Below, piece after piece: positions 47,864-57,206 of a stretch of 64,000 nt of DNA. This DNA is from an uncultured Mycoplasmatota bacterium. Its GTDB lineage: Bacteria > Bacillota_I > Bacilli_A > RF39 > UBA660. A model generated the notes under the pieces. The model saw only the letters and a program-made list of their open reading frames with translations. It was not told where the DNA came from and did not search any database. Made by a program: the position numbers and the translations under genes. The stretch lies in NCBI GenBank assembly GCA_949288035.1, contig CASEIJ010000047.1, positions 1,592 to 65,591 on the forward strand, given 5' to 3'. Position 1 is the first letter of the stretch. Each line of letters starts with the position of its first letter.

Positions 47864-50443
47864 CTAAAGACTTTTTCCTTTTTCGTTTTCTTCCATGGAT
47901 GCAAATAAATCATCAATATTTACTCTCGCATTTTCTAATGCTTGTTTTTGTTCATCCCTCTTTTGTTGTTCGAATGATTTTAAATCGTTTCCAAAATCAT
48001 CAATTTTTTGTTGTCTTTCTTCTTCGGCTTTTTTCTTAATTTCATCAACATCTGATACCATTGTTTGATAATTTGTACTGAATTTTGTAATTTGATCATC
48101 TAAATTCTGTAATTTACTAGCAACTTCACCTAATTCTTTTTCTTTTTGTTCAATTTGCTCTTTGTTTTTCTTTTCCGCATATCCTTCTGCTAATTGATGA
48201 AGACGCTCTATCTTTTCTTTCTTATCAGTAATCTTACTTAGTTCATTTTGAACCATTGGCATATTTTCAATTTCATCTAAATAAGAAATTCCACTTTTTA
48301 AAGAATTAATCTCCCATTCTAAATGAGTCTTCTGCGTTCCTAACTCACGAGCTTCCTTTTTGATATCAGCAATCGTTGACATCATATTATTTTCAGCTTC
48401 TTTTTTCTGAGTTTGAAGTGTTTCTTGTGCCTTTACTTCTGCTAATTGTTTTTGTAGATTTGCAATAATTTCATTTTGTTCTTGAATCTTTTCATTTTGT
48501 TCTTGAATCTTTTGTGCTTGATCATCAATTTGTTGCTTCTGACGAGCAAAGACAGTTTTTACTTGCTTATCTAACAAAAATTCTGGAGTCGGATTTGTTT
48601 TTTCCACTTTTTGAACCATTTCTGGTTGTGTTTGTTCCATTCCTGTTTGAACAACTTCTTTTTCTGGCTCTACTGTAATTATATTTGGACTTTCAACTTT
48701 TGTTTCCTCAGATTGTTTTACTTCTGTCTTTCCCTCTTTTTTCTCAGGTTGAATATTCATCATTTTATTTTTTTCTTCTTCAAAGAAAGTAATTAAATCA
48801 TTCTTATTATATTTCACAGCATCTGCAAAGGATTCATTTTTTAATTGACCTAAAATTGAATCTATTTTATTTAAAGCCATTTCTGGATTAAGACGAACAA
48901 GTCCATTTGTTCTTTCAAATAATTCCTTATATTTTAAATAAATTGCTTTATTATTTAACTCTGCTTCTGCTTTTTTAATACTGTTGCTCATTTGTTCTTT
49001 TTGTTGATCATCCATAGTCATAGAACATGATGGATATAATTTTTGAACTAGCTCTAACATACTTTGTTCTTTTTTAATATCATGTTCTTGATCATCACCA
49101 ATACTTGCATGAAGTTTATTTAATTCTGTCTCAACAACAGCTACATTTCCTTGAATATACTTAACATATTTTTCTTTCATATCTTGATATTTAGCGGTTA
49201 CGTGTTCAATACGATCTCCAATTAAAGCTTTTACATCAGGACTACATTCATTAATAGATTGAATTAGTTCAGTTGCATCATCATAATACTTTTGCATTTC
49301 TTCTAAAGTTGTATGTTGAATGGCAATTCCCATATGTGTAATTTTTAAACAATATCTACTAACTGTATTAATTTTATTAATTACTTCTTGTTTTTCTTGT
49401 TCAATCTGAGATAACTTAGCAGTTGCATTTTCTATCTTAGTAGGATCTTGTTGTTCTAATTCTACATTTTGTCCCGTTAATTTATACCAAATATTTCTCA
49501 ATTGTCTTCTAGGCCAATTTAAAAGATTTAATTTAATTGCCTTTAAACCTAATTTGTTTTCATTTCTTAACTCAACACGACCCTTTTTATAACTACCATC
49601 TGGTTGTTTTCCAAACTCTCTTATTTCCACAGCTTCCATTAAATCTTTGTTTTTATCGATTCCTCGTTTTATTTTTTCTAGAGTTATTTTATATGTTTCT
49701 CTTTGAGACGGTTTCATTCCTTCTACATATTTTTCTAACTTAGCTAATTGTTTTTCCCAATCTGCTTGTACTGATTTACTCTTCTTAAGTTGTGAACTAT
49801 CCGTCCAAATATTTCTTTTATTCACTCTTTTATTTGAAAATGATACTGTTCTTAATAATAATTCTGCTTCATCTAACTTCGTTTGTGAACCATGTGCTGT
49901 CAAACGAATTTTATTTTCTTCAGATATTCCTACCTTTTTCTTATTTTTATCTTCATCTTTTACAACGACTGGCTTTTCTTCTTTTGCTACTTCTTTTTCA
50001 GGCTCTTCAACGGTAAATGTAGGATTAATCATCTGGTATTCTTCCATGATACTTTTAATCTGCTCCTCTGTAAAACCTGCACGACGCAAAGCATTCTCAT
50101 AGCGACTCAGATGTTCCTCATTAGATAATCCTCTTGTCTGATCACGATCATTTAATAATACTTTTGTAACTTCTGATTCATCTTTAGATGCAGCTGCTTC
50201 TAAATTACGAATTAAATCATATTGCTCATTTAATTCTGCTTCGTAATTTGTAAATCCTAAAGCATGCGCTAAATTACTCGCTTCACGAAAAATATCTTCA
50301 TTGTTATGACGATCCACTACACTTCTTAAAGTATCTTCATGAATATCACTTTCATTGCCATTTACCATATCAAGCGCTTCTTGATATAGTCTTCTTTCTG
50401 TTTCATTTTCAAAATTACGGCCGTTAATTGTTGTTTCTGGCAT
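47864..50443 (-). CDS. 859-aa Glu/Lys/Gln-rich coiled-coil protein
   Basis: Long ORF with heptad-like low-complexity sequence. No enzymatic motif. Confidence 0.6.
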   Translation of the reverse strand: MPETTINGRNFENETERRLYQEALDMVNGNESDIHEDTLRSVVDRHNNEDIFREASNLAHALGFTNYEAELNEQYDLIRNLEAAASKDESEVTKVLLNDRDQTRGLSNEEHLSRYENALRRAGFTEEQIKSIMEEYQMINPTFTVEEPEKEVAKEEKPVVVKDEDKNKKKVGISEENKIRLTAHGSQTKLDEAELLLRTVSFSNKRVNKRNIWTDSSQLKKSKSVQADWEKQLAKLEKYVEGMKPSQRETYKITLEKIKRGIDKNKDLMEAVEIREFGKQPDGSYKKGRVELRNENKLGLKAIKLNLLNWPRRQLRNIWYKLTGQNVELEQQDPTKIENATAKLSQIEQEKQEVINKINTVSRYCLKITHMGIAIQHTTLEEMQKYYDDATELIQSINECSPDVKALIGDRIEHVTAKYQDMKEKYVKYIQGNVAVVETELNKLHASIGDDQEHDIKKEQSMLELVQKLYPSCSMTMDDQQKEQMSNSIKKAEAELNNKAIYLKYKELFERTNGLVRLNPEMALNKIDSILGQLKNESFADAVKYNKNDLITFFEEEKNKMMNIQPEKKEGKTEVKQSEETKVESPNIITVEPEKEVVQTGMEQTQPEMVQKVEKTNPTPEFLLDKQVKTVFARQKQQIDDQAQKIQEQNEKIQEQNEIIANLQKQLAEVKAQETLQTQKKEAENNMMSTIADIKKEARELGTQKTHLEWEINSLKSGISYLDEIENMPMVQNELSKITDKKEKIERLHQLAEGYAEKKNKEQIEQKEKELGEVASKLQNLDDQITKFSTNYQTMVSDVDEIKKKAEEERQQKIDDFGNDLKSFEQQKRDEQKQALENARVNIDDLFASMEENEKGKSL
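48471..48512. repeat. perfect 21-bp tandem duplication inside the coiled-coil gene
   Basis: TCATTTTGTTCTTGAATCTTT occurs twice, encoding the KIQEQNE repeat. Confidence 0.9.
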
Positions 50444-50448
50444 TTATA

Positions 50449-50760
50449 TCACTCCCCATTTGCTTTAATTACTTTACGCATTATATCTTTAATCTTAGCC
50501 CATTCTTCTTCAGTATCAAGACCAGTAATACGAATATCATCTGGGTTATTTGGATCACTTTCAACTCGAGATGAATATACTACCACCATACCATTTTTAT
50601 CTTTCTCATTAAAAGTATAAATGATATAATCTTTTCCATTTTCTTTTAACGTAAAATATAAAAGAACATCTGCAAGCTTCTCACTTCCATCTTCTCCCTT
50701 AATCATTATTTTTTCGTTTTCTTCTGTTTCAGTTACTGTTTGATTTAATTCTTTATCCAT
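50449..50760 (-). CDS. DUF1292-like small acidic protein
   Basis: Pattern ...DGSEKLADVLLYFTL..NGKDYIIYT......VVVYSSRV......I.TEEEWAKI, typical of that family. Confidence 0.55.
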   Translation of the reverse strand: MDKELNQTVTETEENEKIMIKGEDGSEKLADVLLYFTLKENGKDYIIYTFNEKDKNGMVVVYSSRVESDPNNPDDIRITGLDTEEEWAKIKDIMRKVIKANGE

Positions 50761-50928
50761 AAATACCCTCCTATTTACTCTTATTATTTAATTATAGCAT
50801 AACTTTTTTTATAAAACAATCTATAAAACATTTGTTTTACACAAAAAAACGACTAGTATTCTTACAATTACCATTTCACTTGATTGTCATTTTCTAATCA
50901 ATTTGAATAATGGGTACATTTGCATAAC

Positions 50929-50962
50929 AAAAAAGTGGAGCCATAAGGCTCCATCAAAGGGT
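50929..50962. repeat. att-like direct repeat, copy A (most diverged)
   Basis: AAAAAAGTGGAGCC-ATAA-GGCTCCATCAAAGGGT. Confidence 0.75.
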
Positions 50963-51148
50963 CAAATAAAATCAATCACGCGATTTTATGAATATTATAT
51001 AACCCCTTTAAATAAACATCATAATGCAAATATATTATTGTGATTTAAAGTGTAAAAAAATTAGAAACATACCTGCAAAGATATTAATTTTAAAAATAAA
51101 ATTTTATCTATTAACAAATAGCTAATCAAAGTAATACTGTTAATTTTT

Positions 51149-52643
51149 TTATTTTTTAACAGTAATGTATTTTTGATTTCTTGCATTAATACTTCTCTTG
51201 TTTGTATATTCAAGCATACCCGCTTTTAATAATGGTTTAATAATACTATCGGCAACATATGTTTTAGATGATAATCCGACATATTCCCTTATTTCTTTTG
51301 ATGACTTTGGTATCTTACAATAATTTAAGACTTTTGCTTTTAATTCATCTATTGTAATATGTTCCATGTTTTGTGCACCTGTTTGTGAATTTTCAGTAAT
51401 TGGAGTATTTCTAAATATAACTTTAAAGCTATCTCTTTCTTCGTAAAATTCAGGTTCCGGTAATCCATATTTTTTCATTTCTCTTTTCATTGTTGGTATT
51501 CCAGAGTGCCTATTTTCAATTACAGATCCTTTTTCTTCTAAAATCCTTACAATTGTAGGATTTCTAGATTCCATAGTAGTAGCTGTTCCTAATTTTTCTA
51601 ATTTATTTGTACCATATAGATTACCGGGATTAATAATTTCTATTCTATCGTTATACATATTGACTGATACATATGCATTTTCTGTTTGAGTACTATAATC
51701 TCTATGAATTAATGAATTTGCTACGGCCTCTCTTAACGCTTCCATTGGGTATTCAGTTCTATTAATTCTTTCACCATTAGAATTAATGATTACACTTATT
51801 TTCATATTTCTTCTTAAAAAATTCATAGTCCCTTCAAGCATTTCTTCTATTGTTCCTTCAACTCGTTTATTATCAATAAATCTTTCACCAAATTCTCCTG
51901 TATCTCCAAGTTCATTTCCAGGAACCACAACGCATGCAACAAACAGCTGTGGATAAAAACTTTGTGGAAATTCACCAAATATCATTGTACCGGCTAAAGT
52001 TGGATACGCTTGATTATCGCTTGTGTCAATAATACCACATAATTTTAAACTTTTTTCAAAATCATTTTTGGCAAAATGAGGTTTTTCTATCTTTATTTTA
52101 TCAATATAACTATTTAACGATTCATTATTTAAGTCATTTATTGTTGCACCTCTGGTAGGCCTTTTATCTTCAAATATATGATCATTATAACTTTGAAGAG
52201 AATATATTTCATAATCAGTCATCGGTTCATCTCTATCGCCTATTCTTATATAAGATCTTTTTTGTAATCCTTTGGGTTTATAGTAACAAGGTTTTTTATT
52301 TTGAGCTATTTCATCTATTTTTACAGCCAATAATTTTTTCCTTCATAATCGAATGGTAATATATCAGGTCTAACTGCTGGTTCCATAGAATCACTGCAAA
52401 TAGATGATACTTTCTTTTGCAAATCATTTAAGTCATAAACACCATCTATACTAAATTTATTTTCTTCATTTACACCAAATATAATAATTTCACCATATTA
52501 TTGGAAAAACTTGAAATAGTATCATAACATTTCTTAGGAAAACCATCCAAGGCTTTTTTGGCTTCAATTTTATTAGTTTCTGTTTAATACCTTTTTAATT
52601 ATTCAATAGTGTTTATTGTTTCAACTTTTTCCAAACGAATCAT
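51149..52643 (-). pseudogene. disrupted AlbA_2 (Schlafen-like) + HATPase_c_4-type ATP-binding/DNA-binding protein
   Basis: The 393-aa ORF lacks its N-terminus. Upstream frames read MIRLEKVETINTIE*, ...IEAKKALDGFPKKCYDTISSFSNN and GEIIIFGVNEENKFSIDGVYDLNDLQKKVSS...DYEGK. Two stops and two frameshifts separate them, one at an A6 run (52332-52337). Confidence 0.65.
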
Positions 52644-52962
52644 CTCCTTTTAAGTATTATACTATATTTTTTTTATTTAATTGTCGAATGAAATTAAATT
52701 CATTACAATTAATCAAAAACTTTCTTCATAAATTTCTCCGTCTTTTATATTGCAAATTTGAACTCTACTAAGTTCTAATATATTTACTAATTTACATTGA
52801 GTAATATTTTTTGATAAAAAATCATTATATATTCTACCACTTATATGCTCATTATATTACAATCGTTTCAACTAAAAACATATACTTAAAATTTAATTAT
52901 AAAAATATATTTTATTCAATAAAAAAACTTATCAATAAGAAACTAGTTCTTCTGATATAAAC

Positions 52963-52997
52963 AAAAAAAGTGGAGCCATATGGCTCCTTCAGGGGGT
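52963..52997. repeat. att-like direct repeat, copy B
   Basis: AAAAAAAGTGGAGCC-ATAT-GGCTCCTTCAGGGGGT. Confidence 0.8.
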
Positions 52998-53103
52998 CAA
53001 ATAAAATTAGTCATGCAAGTTTATAATTATTGTATAATCCCTTATAAAATAAGTATTTTATTCATGTTCACTTTTAACTATATAATGACTATTTTTAATA
53101 CTT

Positions 53104-53126
53104 TTGGTACCTAGCTGGGTACCTAA
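53104..53126. repeat. arm repeat TTGGTACCTAGCTGGGTACCTAA (left arm of island 2)
   Basis: Tandem GGTACCTA half-sites. Near-identical copy at 61031..61054, and a degenerate third half-site at about 53145-53155. Confidence 0.8.
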
Positions 53127-53245
53127 TTCTTTGTGAGAACTTTTGGGTTCCTAAAAATAACACTATATTAAATTAAAAAAATTAAACATCATATTACTAC
53201 TAAATAATAATAAAGTTTAAATTTATACTATTAATCTTTAATATC

Positions 53246-54526
53246 TTACTGCTTGTCATCAATATTTAAAAATTGTGCTACTTCTGTAATTAATGGATTA
53301 TCTTGTTTAAGAAATTCATCAACATGTGATGCCAATATTCTTTTAACAGAATCTTCATTCCTTTCTTCTTCTATAACAGTTTGATCAAAAAAGTCCTTTT
53401 TATTATTTGGTACCTTTGTTAAATTAACATTTAATATTCTATTTAGATCACTTAATGGAACATATAGCTCAATACAATCTTTTTGTATAGAACATTCATC
53501 ATTTGTATCACCATCTTTTATTATAATACACTTTTTTCCATGTGCTTCTAAAGCTTTTTTTAAGGATTCTGCATTACTTTCTCCACCTGCTGGTAATAGA
53601 ATATAATTTGATAATACTCCTAACAAACTAAGACTTTTTTTATACCAAGGCAAATCGAATTTACCTTCTACTAGTAAGTATATTTTAGAATCTGTACTAT
53701 CAAGTGCATCTAATAATTTTGATATATTGTCATATTTGTCTGTATATAAAGGGATTGTATTAGAATCATTTGATACTTCTAAAACAGTTACAGAATGAGT
53801 ACTTATTAGTGTTTGCCCTATTTTTGATTGTAATTCTTTAATCATGTTATTGCAATTATTTATTGAGAATGAATTTTCAATCTCATCAATACCTAAAATA
53901 ACATTATCGTAACTATTACCAACCAACAGTGCATACATTAAATTTTTTTGGAATCCACTTCCCCTCGCTTCCACTGGTATGCCATCACTTGTAATTGAAT
54001 ATTTTATAGCAGCATCATATTTAAAAGCTTCTTTGCCAACTATGTCTGTTTTTTCATCGTTTATAATTAATAATTCAGAATCAATGCTTTCAATCACATC
54101 GTCAACTGATTTTTGGACGATTTCTTTCAATTTATCAATCAATTCTGATGGTGTAGTAGATAACGCTTTAGAAATTGCTAATTGATTTAATATATTTTTA
54201 GGATCATATACCGATACAGGAATATAAATATATCTAAAATAATCTAAGTTTGATATATTTTCTGGTTGCGAGCTCAATTTATATGATGCACCACTATAAA
54301 TCTTTTTATAAAAATTATTATTAAACAATATCCCAATTTCTACTGGAAGACTAGTATCTCTAACAAATACCTTATCAATTTTTTCTTGATTAAAAAATAT
54401 ATCAAGTGCTTGTAAAATAGTAGACTTACCAGCATCATTCTCTCCTATTATGATATTATGTTTTTCAATTGGTATCGTTTCTTTTTCAAATGCTTTAAAA
54501 TTTTTTATATAAATTTGTTCTATCAT
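53246..54526 (-). CDS. ABC-type ATPase fused to a TOPRIM domain (OLD-family / PARIS AriA-AriB-like)
   Basis: Walker A GENDAGKST, signature-like RGSGFQK, Walker B ILGIDEIE, H-loop THS. C-terminal TOPRIM-like LLVEGKFD ... PAGGESN ... IIIKDGD. Start at MIEQIYIKNF with a strong RBS GGAGGAG. Confidence 0.7.
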   Translation of the reverse strand: MIEQIYIKNFKAFEKETIPIEKHNIIIGENDAGKSTILQALDIFFNQEKIDKVFVRDTSLPVEIGILFNNNFYKKIYSGASYKLSSQPENISNLDYFRYIYIPVSVYDPKNILNQLAISKALSTTPSELIDKLKEIVQKSVDDVIESIDSELLIINDEKTDIVGKEAFKYDAAIKYSITSDGIPVEARGSGFQKNLMYALLVGNSYDNVILGIDEIENSFSINNCNNMIKELQSKIGQTLISTHSVTVLEVSNDSNTIPLYTDKYDNISKLLDALDSTDSKIYLLVEGKFDLPWYKKSLSLLGVLSNYILLPAGGESNAESLKKALEAHGKKCIIIKDGDTNDECSIQKDCIELYVPLSDLNRILNVNLTKVPNNKKDFFDQTVIEEERNEDSVKRILASHVDEFLKQDNPLITEVAQFLNIDDKQ

Positions 54527-54657
54527 TTTAACTCCTCCTAACAAAAAAGTGCAAATAAATACTTCTGTAAAGCCTTTACTAGCACTTTGTTTATGTAATA
54601 TATTAACATTTTTTCCATTTTTTTCAATAAATTTGTACATAATATAATCTGATACGT

Positions 54658-56250
54658 TTAAACCTTACTATCTTCCTTTTCTATTATAGGTTTAATTTCT
54701 ATTGAATACTTCCCTTTGCTACGACCAGATCCGGTAGTTATAGAAAAATCAGTCAAACGATTAATTGTAATTTTTTTATTTAGGTAAATAAAATGTGCTA
54801 CATAAGGTTCATCAAACCAATCTGAACCTGTAAATAAAGATTCATAAATTGAAATATTATTTTTTATAGAATCTTTTAGCTCTTGTTGGGCCCATTTTCT
54901 AATTTTTGATAAATCTGTAACATTATTTAAATCTAACATCTCCCCAATTTCATCAATATAATAAGAAGTAACTTTATCTTTATCAATAGTTAGCATCTCT
55001 ATCATATCATCATTTTTAAATTTTTCTTTTTCATTACTATAAAGAAGTAACGCTAAAAAAATATAATCAGGTTCTTCCAATATATCAGAAAATGCTTTTA
55101 TAAAGGAATCATGTGTTAATTTTTGAATTGTGTATCCGGTTGATCCTTCTATTTTAACAGAAACCCCAGTATTATCTATAATGTCAAATTTCTTTCCTAC
55201 TAAATCATTTTCATCTAAAGAATATTCTTTTTCTAATAAATACTCTTGTGAAAAATTTGATCGTACTAAATATGCATCTGCTTTTGGATAAACTTTTTTG
55301 TTACTTAAATGGGATAAAACTCTGTTTGATACTTTAATCATATATATATTGTCTAAGTTCTCTAATCCATTTGTTATTTCATGCCATATAGGTGACTTCT
55401 TATTTTTATTAAACCTTCTTGAAATATCAAATTCTTCCTTATCTCCTAAAAAAGTATTAACATTAGATATATTCCTTTTCATAAGTGAAAAGAAGTCTGA
55501 CTCCATTTTTGAATATTTAACTTGTAATTGGCCACGTTTATGTTCAGTATTTCCTTTCTTTGATATATTCCATGCTTGTAATGATAATTTACCAACATGT
55601 AATCCTTTGCCATTACTTTCTTTAATATTAAAATTAATAATTTCTTTAGCAGAAACCCAAAAACCATTATCTACACTACCATGGTAAATATAATCTACTC
55701 TACTATTATGTCTTCCTATAAAAAGGAAGCGTTTTATTAATTGTACTTGATTATTATTTAAAAATTTTTGTAAATTATCAAATTTTGCTGGATATTTTTC
55801 ACGAAATTCTTTTGAAGTGAATCTAGACATGATATTTCCATCAGAATCTTTTTCTTTGGAACCAGAACCATCTAATGTACCATCAGCCCATAAGAAAAAT
55901 CGAAAATCATTACATACTTCATCCGGCGCCAAAAGATTATTTTTTATATATGCTACAAAATCTTCGCATTTTTCTTGATGTACACTATTTCCACTTCCTA
56001 TTTTTAAACTAATGGCATATTCATTTTCATTTATATACAAATAGAAGTCTTGCTTTAATTTAGTATTAGGTTCATACATTGCATTGATTTCGGTAGTATT
56101 ATTAATATTTATATTGTTATCTTTAGCAATATATTTAATAAACTCCTTTAGGTTATTATTTAAATCTGAAACTTTTTTATCCTTTAGTGCCTGTACAATG
56201 TTCAACTCATTTTTATTGCCATGTTTATTGCTTCCAATTAGTCTATTCAT
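54658..56250 (-). CDS. probable restriction endonuclease (uncharacterised, 530 aa)
   Basis: Sits 8 nt downstream of two m5C MTase genes. Two PD-(D/E)xK-like stretches (KQD-x13-ISLKIG, and KADAYLV ... GVSVKIEG). No family recognised by eye. Confidence 0.45.
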   Translation of the reverse strand: MNRLIGSNKHGNKNELNIVQALKDKKVSDLNNNLKEFIKYIAKDNNININNTTEINAMYEPNTKLKQDFYLYINENEYAISLKIGSGNSVHQEKCEDFVAYIKNNLLAPDEVCNDFRFFLWADGTLDGSGSKEKDSDGNIMSRFTSKEFREKYPAKFDNLQKFLNNNQVQLIKRFLFIGRHNSRVDYIYHGSVDNGFWVSAKEIINFNIKESNGKGLHVGKLSLQAWNISKKGNTEHKRGQLQVKYSKMESDFFSLMKRNISNVNTFLGDKEEFDISRRFNKNKKSPIWHEITNGLENLDNIYMIKVSNRVLSHLSNKKVYPKADAYLVRSNFSQEYLLEKEYSLDENDLVGKKFDIIDNTGVSVKIEGSTGYTIQKLTHDSFIKAFSDILEEPDYIFLALLLYSNEKEKFKNDDMIEMLTIDKDKVTSYYIDEIGEMLDLNNVTDLSKIRKWAQQELKDSIKNNISIYESLFTGSDWFDEPYVAHFIYLNKKITINRLTDFSITTGSGRSKGKYSIEIKPIIEKEDSKV

Positions 56251-56258
56251 TTTATCAC

Positions 56259-57206
56259 CTACAAATATTCCATAAAATTCTTTCCTATTTCAGTTATTAA
56301 GGGAACTACAACACTATTACCTATTTGTTTATAAGACTGCATATTATTTTTTTTAATCTTATATGTTTCTGGAAAGCCCATTATTTTTAAACACTCTTTT
56401 TCAGTTAATTTCCTACTATATTTTACAACAACCGGTATATTATTTCCACCTGTTCCCATTTTTGCTGTTAAACACGGAGATATACCATCACTTCTAAAGT
56501 TGCATTTTGAAGCTCTTATTTCATTAGCAATTATATATTTTCCTTTCATATATCTATTACTTTTTTTATAATTATTAAGAAATTTATTTATATTAGTAAT
56601 GGCAATAGGGGATGATTGATATTCTTTTATCTTTTTAGGTTCTATAATATCTTCTAAAGTGTATTTCAATTCACATTTCTCCGGGAACTTAAATGGTTTA
56701 TTATATGTATCTTTTCTTATTGCTACACAATACCAGCGATTTCTATTTTGTGGAATCCCATAATCCTTAGCATTCATTACTTTTGTATTAACCACATAGC
56801 CTAATTCTTCTAATGTATTTATTATTACTGTAATAGTTCTTCCGGAATCATGGCTGACTATACCTGCTACATTTTCTAAAAATACAATTTTAGGTTTAGT
56901 ATATTTTATTATTCTGGCAACTTCAAAAAACATTGTTCCCCTTGAATCATTAAATCCCATTCTTTTACCTGCTATACTAAAAGGTTGACATGGAAAGCCG
57001 GCACAAAGAACATCATATTTAGGTATTTTTTTTTCGTCTACTATTGTGATATCTCCATAAGATTTTTCATTAAAATTCTTTTCATATACTTTACAAACAT
57101 CAAGATTATTATCACAAGAGAACACACATTTTCCACCGTTTTTCTCCATTGCTATTCTAAATCCACCTAGACCACAAAATAAATCTATAAATTTAAACTT
57201 TTTCAT
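56259..57206 (-). CDS. DNA (cytosine-5)-methyltransferase
   Basis: Motif I FCGLGGF, IV GFPCQPFS, VI ENV, VIII QNRNR, X GNSVVVP. Confidence 0.93.
   Translation of the reverse strand: MKKFKFIDLFCGLGGFRIAMEKNGGKCVFSCDNNLDVCKVYEKNFNEKSYGDITIVDEKKIPKYDVLCAGFPCQPFSIAGKRMGFNDSRGTMFFEVARIIKYTKPKIVFLENVAGIVSHDSGRTITVIINTLEELGYVVNTKVMNAKDYGIPQNRNRWYCVAIRKDTYNKPFKFPEKCELKYTLEDIIEPKKIKEYQSSPIAITNINKFLNNYKKSNRYMKGKYIIANEIRASKCNFRSDGISPCLTAKMGTGGNNIPVVVKYSRKLTEKECLKIMGFPETYKIKKNNMQSYKQIGNSVVVPLITEIGKNFMEYL

Larger units (their letters stand above)
50929..52997. mobile_element. decayed integrative-island remnant (island 1), bounded by att copies A and B
   Basis: Direct repeats at both ends. The left arm (about 70 nt after the att copy) is homologous to the left arm of island 2. 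It carries only pseudogenes and no integrase. Confidence 0.6.

Noticed and set aside
53409-53414. GGTACC (KpnI-type) sites as possible targets of the island's RM system.
   Set aside because: The hexamer also occurs in unrelated places (the T-box at 10668, and at 46810 and 53409). There is no way to infer RM specificity from sequence alone, so the motif is treated only as part of the arm repeats.
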